Assembly: GCA_022703585.1 (NCBI GenBank)
Contig: JAKLDJ010000001.1
Location: forward strand, 440,695 to 504,694
DNA: 64,000 nt
Source of the DNA: Candidatus Omnitrophota bacterium
GTDB taxonomy: Bacteria > Omnitrophota > Gorgyraeia > Zapsychrales > JAKLDJ01
Reading direction: 5' to 3'
Positions 41,418 through 51,421 of this stretch are shown here, piece by piece. The first letter of the stretch is position 1. Every line of letters starts with the position of its first letter. The translations under genes and the position numbers were made by a program. Below the pieces are notes generated by a model that saw nothing but the letters and a program-made list of their open reading frames with translations, searched no databases and was not told where the DNA came from.

Positions 41418-43148
41418 ATGGAACAAAAAGTTGATTTAGACAAACTCCGCCATAGCTGCAGCCACGTGATGGCACAGGCGGTCAAAGAATTGTGGCCCGA
41501 CGTCAAAGTTACCATCGGCCCGTCGATCGATAACGGATTCTACTATGATTTTGACCGCAAAGACCCCTTTACGCCTGAGGATCTGGAAAAAATCGAAAAG
41601 GCCATGCGCCGGATCATCCAGGGAAAGCCGGCTTTTGTGCAAAACTTCTTGTCCAAGGACGACGCCGTCAAATTATTCTCCGGAATGAACGAAACCTACA
41701 AGATTGAACTTATCAGAGAAATTCCCGATGAGAAAGTATCGATTTATAAAACCGGCGACGGGTTTGTGGATTTATGCAAAGGGCCGCACGTGGCCAACGC
41801 CGGAGAGATCAAGGCGTTTAAACTGCTTTCGGTGGCCGGAGCCTACTGGCACGGCGATGAAAAGAACCCGATGTTGCAGCGCATTTACGGCACCTGTTTC
41901 GCCAGCCAAAAAGAATTAGACGACTATTTAAGATTACTGGAAGAAGCCAAAAATCGTGACCACCGCAAACTTGGTCCTGCGCTCGAACTTTTTGACATGT
42001 ATCCCGACCAGGCCGGGGCAGGGCTCATTTTTTATCACCCCCAGGGCGCGATGGTGCGCAAAACAATCGAAGATTATCTGCGCGAGCAAAATACCAAGCG
42101 CGGCTACGAATTTGTCATGACCCCGCATATGCTTAAAGGGCATCTGTGGGAAATTTCCGGCCACGCCGGGTATTACCGCGAGAATATGTATTTTTTTAAA
42201 GTCGACCAGGAGGAATACGCGGTAAAACCGATGAATTGCCCGGGGCATATTCTTATTTACCAATCCAAGACCCGTTCGTACAGAGATTTGCCGATCCGGT
42301 TTTTTGAGCTGGGAACAGTTTACCGCCAGGAAAAAGCGGGGGTACTGCACGGACTTTTGCGTGTCCGGGGTTTTACCCAGGACGATGCCCACATTTTTTG
42401 CCGGGAAGACCAGATCAAATCGGAAGTAATCAAGGCGGTTGATTTTGTTTTTGATGTGATGAAGGATTTTGGTTTTAAGGATATGGAAATTGAGATCAGC
42501 ACCCGCCCGGCGAAATTTATCGGTAAAGTCGAAGACTGGGATACCGCTACCCAGGCGCTTAAAGATTCTCTCGACGACAAAAAGCTTGTTTATAAAATCA
42601 ACGAAGGCGACGGCGCTTTTTACGGGCCCAAAATCGACATCAAACTAAAAGATGCCCTGAACCGCTCCTGGCAGTGCGCCACCATTCAATGCGACTTTGC
42701 CTTGCCGGAACGGTTTAAGTTGGAATATATCAGCGAGACAGGAGAGGCGCGCCGGCCGATCATGTTGCACCGGGCTATTCTAGGAAGCTTAGAGCGCTTT
42801 TTAGGGATGCTCATCGAGCATTATGCGGGCGCGTTTCCGGCGTGGCTGGCGCCGGTACAGGTGATGATTATTCCTATCAAAGACGAGCATAAAGATTTTT
42901 CCGAAAAATTAAAAGAAAATTTGGAAAGTAAAAATCTAAGGGTGAAAATTGACTCCAGCAACGAAACTTTAAGCAAGCGTATCCGGGAGGCCACGGTCAA
43001 AAAGGTTCCCTACATTCTGATCGCCGGAGATAAGGAAGTTGCCGACGGAAAAATCGCGGTCCGCAAAAGAAGCGTTGGCGATCAAGGCCGGATAGCGCCG
43101 GAGGAATTTCTTGAGCAGATTTTAGGGGAAATAAAAAACAAATCTTAA
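41418..43148 (+). CDS. thrS: Threonine--tRNA ligase, short form lacking the N-terminal TGS (N1) domain.
   Basis: Starts at the N2 editing domain (RHSCSHVMAQAVKELWP...). Class II motifs and anticodon-binding domain present. The track's ORF starting at 41337 would overlap tRNA-Val, so the ATG at 41418 is used. Confidence 0.93.
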   Translation: MEQKVDLDKLRHSCSHVMAQAVKELWPDVKVTIGPSIDNGFYYDFDRKDPFTPEDLEKIEKAMRRIIQGKPAFVQNFLSKDDAVKLFSGMNETYKIELIREIPDEKVSIYKTGDGFVDLCKGPHVANAGEIKAFKLLSVAGAYWHGDEKNPMLQRIYGTCFASQKELDDYLRLLEEAKNRDHRKLGPALELFDMYPDQAGAGLIFYHPQGAMVRKTIEDYLREQNTKRGYEFVMTPHMLKGHLWEISGHAGYYRENMYFFKVDQEEYAVKPMNCPGHILIYQSKTRSYRDLPIRFFELGTVYRQEKAGVLHGLLRVRGFTQDDAHIFCREDQIKSEVIKAVDFVFDVMKDFGFKDMEIEISTRPAKFIGKVEDWDTATQALKDSLDDKKLVYKINEGDGAFYGPKIDIKLKDALNRSWQCATIQCDFALPERFKLEYISETGEARRPIMLHRAILGSLERFLGMLIEHYAGAFPAWLAPVQVMIIPIKDEHKDFSEKLKENLESKNLRVKIDSSNETLSKRIREATVKKVPYILIAGDKEVADGKIAVRKRSVGDQGRIAPEEFLEQILGEIKNKS

Positions 43149-43186
43149 AAACCATTGCCGGCCTAACGCCGGCTAAAGAATAGGGG

Positions 43187-43714
43187 GTGGTTGATATTCA
43201 AAAATATATCAGAGTTAACGAACGGATAAATTCGCCGGAAGTACGTGTGATCGGGCCCAATGCCGAACAAATCGGCGTCCTGGTAATCAGCCGGGCGCTG
43301 GAAATGGCCCGGGGACACGGCCTGGACCTAGTCGAGGTCGCCCCGACGGCAAAACCGCCGGTTTGCCGTATTATCGATTTCAGCAAATACAAATACGAGC
43401 AGCAAAAGAAAGAGCGGCGGGTTAAAAAAAGCCAGAAGATCGTTCGCTTAAAACAAATCCGTGTCAAGCCCCATATCGACGAACACGATTACCAAAACAA
43501 GCTCAAGCAGGCCATTGCCTTTCTGGATAGAAAAGATAAGGTCAAGATTAATCTTTTCTACCGCGGCCGGGAGATGGCATTCCAAGATCTGGGACGGGGC
43601 ATTATAAATAAATTTATCGCCGACATGAGCGCGCACGGCATGATTGAGAAAAATCCGTCCATGGAAGGGCGGGTCCTTTCGGTCGTGTTTTCGCCCAAGG
43701 CGGATAAAGCATAA
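43187..43714 (+). CDS. infC: Translation initiation factor IF-3 (non-ATG start).
   Basis: INSPEVRVIGPNAEQIGVL...HGLDLVEV...PPVCRIIDF. thrS-infC-rpmI-rplT operon. Confidence 0.9.
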   Translation: MVDIQKYIRVNERINSPEVRVIGPNAEQIGVLVISRALEMARGHGLDLVEVAPTAKPPVCRIIDFSKYKYEQQKKERRVKKSQKIVRLKQIRVKPHIDEHDYQNKLKQAIAFLDRKDKVKINLFYRGREMAFQDLGRGIINKFIADMSAHGMIEKNPSMEGRVLSVVFSPKADKA

Positions 43715-43715
43715 A

Positions 43716-43795
43716 AAGGCTTTCAGCCGTCAGCTGTCAGCCTTCAGCCAAATGCTTTTTGCTGATAGCTGGTAGCTGTAAGCTGAAAGCTCCAA
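43716..43795. repeat. REP-like intergenic palindromic element (copy 2) in the infC-rpmI spacer.
   Basis: ggctttcagccgtcagctgtcagccttcagcc...gctgatagctggtagctgtaagctgaaagc. Same TCAGC(C) heptamer inverted arrays as 27436-27508. Confidence 0.5.
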
Positions 43796-43811
43796 AAGAG
43801 AGGAAAAGCAA

Positions 43812-44009
43812 ATGCCGAAACTTAAAACGAATCGTTCTGCCGCAAAACGTTTTCGATTTACCAAAAAAGGTAGAATTAAAAAAAGAAGCGCCAAGCGCGG
43901 ACATATGTTAACCAAAAAAGGAAGAAAACGCAAACGCCAGCTCAAACAGTCCGGGTATCTGAATAAAGGCGATGCCCAGAGGATGAAGCGCCTGTTACCC
44001 TACGGGTAA
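43812..44009 (+). CDS. rpmI: 50S ribosomal protein L35.
   Basis: MPKLKTNRSAAKRFRFTKKGRIKKR. Confidence 0.9.
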   Translation: MPKLKTNRSAAKRFRFTKKGRIKKRSAKRGHMLTKKGRKRKRQLKQSGYLNKGDAQRMKRLLPYG

Positions 44010-44063
44010 AAGGTAAGCTAGCACGCGTTTTATCGTCGAGTATTTACTGAAAGGGGTTATGGA

Positions 44064-44438
44064 ATGGTTAGAATCAAACACGCGGTATCAACAAAACGCC
44101 GTAAAAAACGAGTTTTAAAAAGGGCCAAGGGGCAATACGCCCAACGCAGCCGCCGTTATCAGCAGGCCAAGCGCTCGGTCATTCACTCGATGAAATTTTC
44201 CTATCGCGACCGAAAGGTGCGCAAACGGGATTTTAGACACTTGTGGATTGCTCGCATTAACGCGGCCTGCCGCCTGACCGGAATTGCCTACAGCCGTTTT
44301 ATTAGCGGCTTGACCAAGGCCAAGGTGGTGATTAACCGCAAAATGCTCGCAGACCTTGCGGTTAATTCTCCGGAGGCATTTAACGAACTCGTAAAGATTG
44401 CCAAGGCCCATATGCCGGCGGCAAAAGCAGCGGCTTAA
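44064..44438 (+). CDS. rplT: 50S ribosomal protein L20.
   Basis: MVRIKHAVSTKRRKK...RDFRHLWIARINAACR. Confidence 0.93.
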   Translation: MVRIKHAVSTKRRKKRVLKRAKGQYAQRSRRYQQAKRSVIHSMKFSYRDRKVRKRDFRHLWIARINAACRLTGIAYSRFISGLTKAKVVINRKMLADLAVNSPEAFNELVKIAKAHMPAAKAAA

Positions 44439-44495
44439 AATACGACGGCAACCGGACGCACAAAAGCGCTGGGATAAAATTTAAAAAGGCATTGT

Positions 44496-45143
44496 ATGTA
44501 TGTCGTCATCATAGGATGCGGTAGGGTCGGGGCCGAGCTCGCTCGGCTTCTTTCGACGGAAGGGCATAATGTCGTCGTCATTGACCACGACGAGGAACGG
44601 TTTTCCCGCCTGGGAGATGCCTTTAACGGGATTACTATTAAAGGTAACGGCGTCTCTACCAAGGTCCTGCAGGAAGCGGGCATCGAAAAAACCGATGTCT
44701 TTTGCGCGCTCACCAATTCCGACAATATCAACATCATGGCCTCTCAGGTGGCCAAAGGAATTTTCAAAGTCCCCCGCGTTATCGCCCGAATTTACGATCC
44801 CCAGCGAGCCCATATTTATAAAACCTTAGGGCTGGATATCTTAAGCGAGACAGTCCTCTTTGCCTCGCTTATCCGCGATAAAATCGTTGATCCGATGCTT
44901 TCAGGCTTCCTTATCGAAACCGAGGAGCTCGGTGTCTTGGAATTTCCCGTGGCCGAACGTTCTTTAGGCAAAACCGTCGCGGAAACCAATATCCCAGGGG
45001 AACTCATGATCACCGCTATCCGCCGGCCCAAGAGACCGGTCATCATCCCCGAGGCAAAAACCCTTCTGGCTAAAGGAGATACGCTGGTAGCGGTTGTCAA
45101 GATGGCAAGCGTGCCCAAGATAAAGAATATTTTCAGCTTATAG
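44496..45143 (+). CDS. trkA: K+ transport regulatory RCK protein (TrkA/KtrA-like, TrkA_N plus TrkA_C).
   Basis: IIGCGRVGAELARLL Rossmann motif. C-terminal RCK_C. Confidence 0.85.
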   Translation: MYVVIIGCGRVGAELARLLSTEGHNVVVIDHDEERFSRLGDAFNGITIKGNGVSTKVLQEAGIEKTDVFCALTNSDNINIMASQVAKGIFKVPRVIARIYDPQRAHIYKTLGLDILSETVLFASLIRDKIVDPMLSGFLIETEELGVLEFPVAERSLGKTVAETNIPGELMITAIRRPKRPVIIPEAKTLLAKGDTLVAVVKMASVPKIKNIFSL

Positions 45144-45155
45144 GAGAAAATAGGC

Positions 45156-45818
45156 GTGTACATTATTATCGTAGGCGGCGGCAAGATAGGATTTTTTCTG
45201 GCCAAAAGATTATTTAAAGATAATCACGCGGTTGTCGTTGTTGAGAAGGATGCCGAAACCGCCGATGTAATCGCCCGCGAATTTAAAGGGACTGTTATCT
45301 GCGGAGATGGCTGTGAACCCTCGGTTTTAGAGCAGGCGGGGATCGCGCGCGCGGATGTGGTCGCGGCTGTGACCGGAGTCGATGAGGATAACTTTATTAT
45401 CTGCCAGATCGCCAAGGACCAATTCAGGGTCAATCGCACCGTCGGGCGCGTCAATGACCCGGACAATGAACGCGCCTTTAATGAATTGGGTATTGATGTC
45501 CCCATCGGCGTGACCATGATTTTGGCTAAGATCATCGAAGAAGAAGTTTCATTTTCGGATTTTGTGGATCTGTTAAGTTTTAAACGCGGCAAATTAGCCT
45601 TAATCCGGGTGGATCTGCCCGAAAGCTCTCCCGTTATCAATAAAAAAGTCCAAGACCTGCAGCTTCCTCCCAGCTCTGTTCTCGTTTCTGTTGTCCGCGG
45701 CGACGACGTTATTGTCCCCAAAGGAGACACGGTTCTTAAGCCTCTCGACGATGTCGTGGCCCTGACCCTGGTTGAAAATAAACAACAGCTTTTAAGTTTT
45801 CTTATAGGGAAAATGTAA
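45156..45818 (+). CDS. trkA: Second TrkA/KtrA-like RCK protein (GTG start).
   Basis: IIVGGGKIGFFLAKRL. Tandem paralog of the preceding gene. Confidence 0.85.
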   Translation: MYIIIVGGGKIGFFLAKRLFKDNHAVVVVEKDAETADVIAREFKGTVICGDGCEPSVLEQAGIARADVVAAVTGVDEDNFIICQIAKDQFRVNRTVGRVNDPDNERAFNELGIDVPIGVTMILAKIIEEEVSFSDFVDLLSFKRGKLALIRVDLPESSPVINKKVQDLQLPPSSVLVSVVRGDDVIVPKGDTVLKPLDDVVALTLVENKQQLLSFLIGKM

Positions 45819-45821
45819 ACC

Positions 45822-45941
45822 ATGTTTCGCCTTAAAGAAATTTGCTTAGGGATCTTAGTCGAATTGGGATTTATTCTTCTGATCCTTGTGATCGGATTTC
45901 TAATCGGCTGGGGCATGCTCACCTTTTTTAACCGCTTTTAA
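45822..45941 (+). CDS. Possible 39-aa single-pass membrane peptide between trkA and trkH.
   Basis: MFRLKEICLGILVELGFILLILVIGFLIGWGMLTFFNRF. Below the track cutoff, no homology argument. Coordinates ±2. Confidence 0.25.
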   Translation: MFRLKEICLGILVELGFILLILVIGFLIGWGMLTFFNRF

Positions 45942-45944
45942 CTG

Positions 45945-47447
45945 ATGATCTTAAGACCTCAATTCAGCGATTTTAAAGTCATCGGCTTTTATCTAAGCAA
46001 GCTGGTTATCGGCGTTGCCCTTTTTATGGTCCTGCCGATGGCTGTCGCTTTTCTTGCAAAAGAATTGAATCCGCTCTACGATTTCTTCATAAGTTTCCTC
46101 GCCTGTCTTATTCTGGGCTCGATTTTGTACATCGTCTGTTACACGAAAGAAGAAGCGCGCTGGTCTCATGGAATGGTGGTGGTTTCCCTGGCATGGGCTC
46201 TAGCCGCGATTTTAGGCGCTCTACCGCTTTTCTTAAGTGGGCATTTTAATTCATTTTTAGATGCGGTATTTGAGGCAATGTCGGGTTTTACCACGTCGGG
46301 ACTTACCCTTGCCCAAGACCTGGGGCATATGTCGTATGCGCATAATTTCTGGCGGCACTTGATGATGTTTTTAGGCGGCCAGGGAATTGTGGTTATTGTC
46401 TTGGCCTATTTTGTGCGCGGGGCGACAGGTGCGTTTCGCCTTTATGTGGGAGAGGGAAGAGACGAGCGGCTGCTGCCGGATATACGCCAGACAGCGCGCT
46501 TTATCTGGATGGTAAGCGCCGTCTATTTAGTTTTAGGAACGCTGACGCTGGGCATTATTTTATTCTTTGAAGGAATGCCCTTTTTGAAATCAATTTTTCA
46601 CGGCGTCTGCATTTTTATGACTGGGTTTGATACGGGAGGCTTTGCACCCCAGCAGCAAAATGTCATGTATTACCACAGCCTAGCATTTGAAATCGGAACG
46701 CTTATGGTTATGCTTCTGGGGGCTATCAACTTCAAATTGCATTATGTTCTCTGGACGGGAAATCGAAAAGAGATCTGGCGCAATATTGAAACCCGGACAT
46801 TGTTTTTTGCGATTATGTTCGCGTTTGTCCTGGTGGCGCTGGGCTTAAGCAAAATGCACGTTTATCCGACGGCGTTGGCGCTTTTTCGCAAGGGATTTTA
46901 TCACCTTATCTCTGCCCAGACGGGCACGGGTTTCCAGGTGGTGTATTCGGATCAATTTGTCAATGAGTGGAACGGTCTTTCTCTGGCAGGGCTCATCCTG
47001 GCGATGTCCTTAGGTGGTTGTATATGCTCGACCACGGGTGCGATCAAAATGTTGCGCATCGGGATTATTACCAAGACATTTATTAGCGACGTCAAGCGTC
47101 ATATCTCGCCTGCCTTGACGGTCTTAATCGAGAAAATGCACCACATTAAAGATTCTATTCTTACTGACGCCCAGATGCGCTCGGCCTGTTTGGTAACTAT
47201 TGCCTATATCGTGGTGTATGTCACCGGCGCGGTCATCGGCATGCTCTACGGATATCCTTTTGTCGAATCGCTTTTTGAATCCACCTCGGCGGCAGCGAAT
47301 GTCGGGCTTTCCTGCGGGATTACCAATCCCGGGATGCCGGACGGATTAAAGATTGTTTATATCGTCCAGATGTGGGCGGGGCGATTGGAATTTATGTCGG
47401 TTTTTGTTTTGATCGGATTTGTGGTGGCGCTTATTAAAGGAAAATAA
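45945..47447 (+). CDS. trkH: TrkH/KtrB-family K+ uptake membrane subunit.
   Basis: 500 aa, about 10 TM, selectivity-filter-like GFTTSGLT/TGFDTGGF motifs. Confidence 0.9.
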   Translation: MILRPQFSDFKVIGFYLSKLVIGVALFMVLPMAVAFLAKELNPLYDFFISFLACLILGSILYIVCYTKEEARWSHGMVVVSLAWALAAILGALPLFLSGHFNSFLDAVFEAMSGFTTSGLTLAQDLGHMSYAHNFWRHLMMFLGGQGIVVIVLAYFVRGATGAFRLYVGEGRDERLLPDIRQTARFIWMVSAVYLVLGTLTLGIILFFEGMPFLKSIFHGVCIFMTGFDTGGFAPQQQNVMYYHSLAFEIGTLMVMLLGAINFKLHYVLWTGNRKEIWRNIETRTLFFAIMFAFVLVALGLSKMHVYPTALALFRKGFYHLISAQTGTGFQVVYSDQFVNEWNGLSLAGLILAMSLGGCICSTTGAIKMLRIGIITKTFISDVKRHISPALTVLIEKMHHIKDSILTDAQMRSACLVTIAYIVVYVTGAVIGMLYGYPFVESLFESTSAAANVGLSCGITNPGMPDGLKIVYIVQMWAGRLEFMSVFVLIGFVVALIKGK

Positions 47448-47448
47448 G

Positions 47449-47985
47449 ATGCACAAAATGTTTGTAAGAAAAATTATCGCCGGCATTGTTTGCGTGACTG
47501 TTGTTTTATCTAACGCCGGAGTTCTTTTGGCGAAGAACGATTCCGAGGATGTTCTGCGCGTCACGGCGGCTCAATTAATCCAAAAAGCAAAAGATTTTAA
47601 CGGTAAAACTGTTATAATACAAGGCGAAGTCATCGGCGACGTTATGCCGCGAGGGGAATTTGCCTGGCTTAATATTGATGACACCTCCCATGCGATTGGC
47701 GTGTGGGCGCCTAAAGCCATGGTTTCTGGTATCCGCTACACCGGAGACTATCAATATAAAGGCGATACGATTGAGGTGAGGGGAAGATTTTTTAGGGCTG
47801 ATGCAGACCTAAGCGGGGAATTGTGTATCCGCGCCCAGAAAATTATCACGCTCAAAGAAGGATACCGCACATTCCGCATCCTGCGGCCGGCTAAGGCAGA
47901 AATATCGTTGGCGCTATCGCTGGTGGTTTTTTGTTTGGGCAGTATCATTTTATTTATAAGAAAAAGAACTCCCGCAAGAAAGTAG
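47449..47985 (+). CDS. Hypothetical exported/membrane-anchored protein (N-terminal signal, C-terminal TM).
   Basis: MHKMFVRKIIAGIVCVTVVLSNAGVLLA signal. No recognised domain. Start placed at the internal ATG. Confidence 0.5.
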   Translation: MHKMFVRKIIAGIVCVTVVLSNAGVLLAKNDSEDVLRVTAAQLIQKAKDFNGKTVIIQGEVIGDVMPRGEFAWLNIDDTSHAIGVWAPKAMVSGIRYTGDYQYKGDTIEVRGRFFRADADLSGELCIRAQKIITLKEGYRTFRILRPAKAEISLALSLVVFCLGSIILFIRKRTPARK

Positions 47986-47992
47986 AAGACAG

Positions 47993-49036
47993 ATGTCTTG
48001 GGATTTTGAGAAAATAGAAAACGAAGCAAGACAGGAAATATCCATGGCGCCCGACTCGGCAGCCGTTGAGGCAATTCGCGTTAAGTATCTGGGCCGCAAG
48101 GGCTTAGTATCCGAGATTTATTCGAATCTACCTAATGTCCCCGCAGAGGAAAAGCCCTTAGTCGGAAAAAATGCCAACATCCTAAAGAATAAAGTTACCC
48201 AGTGGCTCCAAGAAAAAGGGCAGACAATCGAAGAGCAAAAACGGCAGCAGTCATCCGCTGAGAAAAGACTCGACGTTACCATGCCCGGAGCCGGCGCAAC
48301 AATCGGCCACCGCCACATCCTGACCCAAACAGTTGATGATATCTGCCGTATTTTTGAGGGGATGGGTTTTGTTACCTTTGAAGGCCCTGAGGTAGAAACG
48401 GAATTTAATAATTTTTCCGCCCTGAATATCCCCATTGATCATCCTTCGCGCGATGCCTTTGATACTTTTTACGTTGACGTCAAAGACCCGGACAAAAAAG
48501 ACAGGTTTCTTTTATTACGCAGCCATACCTCGCCGGCGCAAATCCGGGTTATGAAAAAATACACCCCGCCCTTAGCGGTTATTGTCCCGGGAAAGGTGTA
48601 TCGCCCCGACGCTGTTGACGCCAGCCATTCGTTTATGTTTCATCAGGTAGAAGGGCTTTTGGTTGACGAAAAAGTAAAATTCTCCGATCTTAAAGGGCTG
48701 CTGACGATTTTTTGCCAAAGGCTTTTCGGCGAAGAAATAAAAATGCGTTTTCGCCCGCACTTTTTTCCTTTTACCGAACCTTCCGCTGAAGTAGACATTT
48801 CCTGTTATATCTGCAAAGGAAAGGGTTGCTCGGTTTGCGGCCGCAAAGGCTGGCTCGAGATCTTAGGCTCGGGGATGGTGCATCCGAAGGTTTTTGAGGC
48901 CGTCGGCTATCCTTTAAAGAAATATACCGGGTTTGCCTTTGGCATGGGTGTTGAGCGCATCGCCATGCTTAAATATGGCATTAACGATATCCGCCTGTTC
49001 TTCGAAAACGATACACGGTTTTCGAATCAATTTTAA
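47993..49036 (+). CDS. pheS: Phenylalanine--tRNA ligase alpha subunit.
   Basis: Class II core motifs (FRPHFFPFTEPSAEVD, GFAFGMGVERIAML). Confidence 0.95.
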   Translation: MSWDFEKIENEARQEISMAPDSAAVEAIRVKYLGRKGLVSEIYSNLPNVPAEEKPLVGKNANILKNKVTQWLQEKGQTIEEQKRQQSSAEKRLDVTMPGAGATIGHRHILTQTVDDICRIFEGMGFVTFEGPEVETEFNNFSALNIPIDHPSRDAFDTFYVDVKDPDKKDRFLLLRSHTSPAQIRVMKKYTPPLAVIVPGKVYRPDAVDASHSFMFHQVEGLLVDEKVKFSDLKGLLTIFCQRLFGEEIKMRFRPHFFPFTEPSAEVDISCYICKGKGCSVCGRKGWLEILGSGMVHPKVFEAVGYPLKKYTGFAFGMGVERIAMLKYGINDIRLFFENDTRFSNQF

Positions 49037-49368
49037 TTTCCAGCAATAGCGACTCCCCTGTAAATCAATATACCCCAAGCGCTTATATAATAATTATTGC
49101 GATTTGCTCTTTCGCCAGCGTTTTTATTCAGGTAAGAAAATACGGCAAATTTTCTGAAGAAAATTTGCCGCAAGCGGGGTAAAAAACTTCCTTTAAAAAA
49201 CTGTTTTTGAGGAACCGCTTCCTTAATTTTCCAGGTTACTATTGTTTGCCTCCCCTATATAAGATATACTTTTAATAGAACAATCAGACGCATATTTTCT
49301 TCGGGAAAGGGTAAAATTTTCCGGAGAAGGGCTTTTTTTACCCCAGGGTTTATTTATAGAGGGAAACC

Positions 49369-49398
49369 GGCGGCCCCTGTTGGCAGGGGCCGCCGCCC
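49369..49398 (+). terminator. 12-bp GC hairpin after pheS (possible terminator separating pheS from the array).
   Basis: cggcggcccctg-ttgg-caggggccgccg followed by cccgaaatatttcttt. Confidence 0.4.
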
Positions 49399-49458
49399 GA
49401 AATATTTCTTTAGCGAAGATTTTTCTCCAGTTCTGTTTAGAAACAGAGAGAGGGAAAC

Positions 49459-51324
49459 ATGAAAATAATTCTATCTATTGTTACCGCAATTTTGCTGTTG
49501 GCTGTGTTTTTTTCGCCCGCCTACGCCCAGACCGAGACCATGACGCTGACCACCTACTACCCTGCGCCACTGGGATTCTACAGTCAATTAAGACTGGTGC
49601 CGCGTAGCGCGACCTTGGGCCCGCCGGTTACATGCGATAACGCAAGCAAGGCTTCTTCCTTGGGTGTGATGTGGCTTGACGGGAGTCTGGGAGTCGATAC
49701 TCTTAAAATCTGTCAAGACGATGGCACCGGTACTCTTACCTGGACAACTCTTGGTAGCGGTGGCGGCGGCAGCCTTTGGACCAGAACCGGCAGCAATCTT
49801 TATCCCATCAATATAACCGACAATATCGGCGTGGGAACACAAGCACCCCAAGCTCCCTTGCACATACGGAATGGCACTAACCCTAACATTATTCTGGAAT
49901 ATGACCTCAATCACAAATTAGAATTAACCCATAACGGCACCGATGGTGTTATCACGACAGACACGGGAGCTATTCGATTGGAGCCTAACTTGGGCGTGTC
50001 GACGTTCACCGAAATCGGCGGCACGGGCGGCCTGATGAGCACGTTACTAACGACGCGAGGGACGGCGATTCAAGGAATCTCAGAGCAAACCGCAGGCGCA
50101 GGGGATAATACGGGTGTCTATGGTAGGGCTGGCGGAGGGGGATTGACGGCCACAAAATACGGCGTTCAAGGAATCGCAGCCAGCGATGACGCGGGGCTTA
50201 AGGTCGGTGTTTACGGTGAAGCCGGCGGCATTGACGGACGAAAATATGGGGTCTACGGAAGGGTAGCTGCGGATGACTCATCTGATAAATACGCACTCTA
50301 TGCAAGAACGATAGGAGGAAATGTTAGCGCGAATATATACGGTTTAGATACCTGGGCGTTTGGCAATGCCGGTACGAAGTATGGAGTAAACGCATCGGCT
50401 ACCGGCTTGGGCGGGGATAATTATGCTGTAAAGGGCGGGTCCACCAGTGTGGGGGGCACAACAGGCTATGGCCTTTATGGTTCATCTGTGGGAGCGGGAA
50501 CAAATTATGGTGTCTACGCAACCGCCTCCGGGGGCAGCACCAACTATGCCGGGTATTTTGCCGGCGATTTAGCTATAAGCAACCAACCCGCAGGAACGCA
50601 CTCAAGACTTTTTATTAACGGCGATGGCAAGTTGCAAATCACATCCTCCAACAGCCTTAAGAATCGACTGGTTATTGGGGAGCCCCTTGCCAGCATGTCC
50701 ATGGCTAACGCTGCGGGTATGGACATCGGGACTCCCGGGTCACCCGGGGGCGCTAACGCCTTTATAACCCTGGGCACAAACAGCACTAATGAATATGGGT
50801 ACCTGGGGTGGATAGGTACTAACCCCGGGTTCGAATATATTTCACTCCTTTCGACGGGAGGTATTAATTTGATTTCCAGGCTTCCGACCAGTGTCCAGGA
50901 AAACCGTTTGCGTATTACAAACGACGGCCATATTTACCTTGACACGCTTATTTCCGGGGCCGGTAACGCCTCGATACGATACAATACGACGACAAAAGAA
51001 ATAACCTATACTCCGCTTGTTTCTTCAAAGCGCTATAAGAAAGATATCGCAAATCTCGAGTTTGATACGGACGGATTGTATTCTTTGCGGCCCGTTTCGT
51101 TTACGTGGAAAGAGAGCAGCATACGGGATTTTGGCCTTATCGCTGAAGAGGTGGATGAGGTCTTGCCCTCGCTGGTGGCCTATGATGCTCAAGGCAGGCC
51201 CGATAGCGTGGCTTATGACAAGTTACCCGTCCTACTTTTAGTCGAAATGCAAAAACTGCGCGCGGAAAACCGCGCGCTGCAAGAACGCGTCGAGAAGTTA
51301 GAGGCTGCGGTCGGCGCAGAATAA
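49459..51324 (+). CDS. Secreted fibre-like paralog 1 (621 aa): signal peptide, conserved family N-domain, Gly/Tyr-rich repeats, C-terminal Peptidase-S74 intramolecular chaperone domain (as in phage tail fibre/endosialidase).
   Basis: Signal peptide with AYA|QTE cleavage site. N-domain QTETMTLTTYYPAPLGFYSQLRLVPR...LKICQDDGTG...NLYPINITDNIGVGTQAP. YGVxG repeats. C-terminus SSKRYKKDIANLEFDTDGLYSLRPVSFTWK...GLIAEEVDEVLPSLVAYD...coiled coil = S74 signature. Confidence 0.8.
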   Translation: MKIILSIVTAILLLAVFFSPAYAQTETMTLTTYYPAPLGFYSQLRLVPRSATLGPPVTCDNASKASSLGVMWLDGSLGVDTLKICQDDGTGTLTWTTLGSGGGGSLWTRTGSNLYPINITDNIGVGTQAPQAPLHIRNGTNPNIILEYDLNHKLELTHNGTDGVITTDTGAIRLEPNLGVSTFTEIGGTGGLMSTLLTTRGTAIQGISEQTAGAGDNTGVYGRAGGGGLTATKYGVQGIAASDDAGLKVGVYGEAGGIDGRKYGVYGRVAADDSSDKYALYARTIGGNVSANIYGLDTWAFGNAGTKYGVNASATGLGGDNYAVKGGSTSVGGTTGYGLYGSSVGAGTNYGVYATASGGSTNYAGYFAGDLAISNQPAGTHSRLFINGDGKLQITSSNSLKNRLVIGEPLASMSMANAAGMDIGTPGSPGGANAFITLGTNSTNEYGYLGWIGTNPGFEYISLLSTGGINLISRLPTSVQENRLRITNDGHIYLDTLISGAGNASIRYNTTTKEITYTPLVSSKRYKKDIANLEFDTDGLYSLRPVSFTWKESSIRDFGLIAEEVDEVLPSLVAYDAQGRPDSVAYDKLPVLLLVEMQKLRAENRALQERVEKLEAAVGAE

Positions 51325-51421
51325 TCGCATTGTTATCCTCTCGCGGAGATATTCAGAATTGGTGACGCTTCCTCCGAGCTATCGGTAAAGACGGATATTT
51401 CTTTAGAAAGAAGGATCGGGC

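Noticed and set aside
45224-45922. 232-aa - strand ORF
   Set aside because: Antisense to the second trkA gene. Ser/Thr/Arg-rich nonsense composition.
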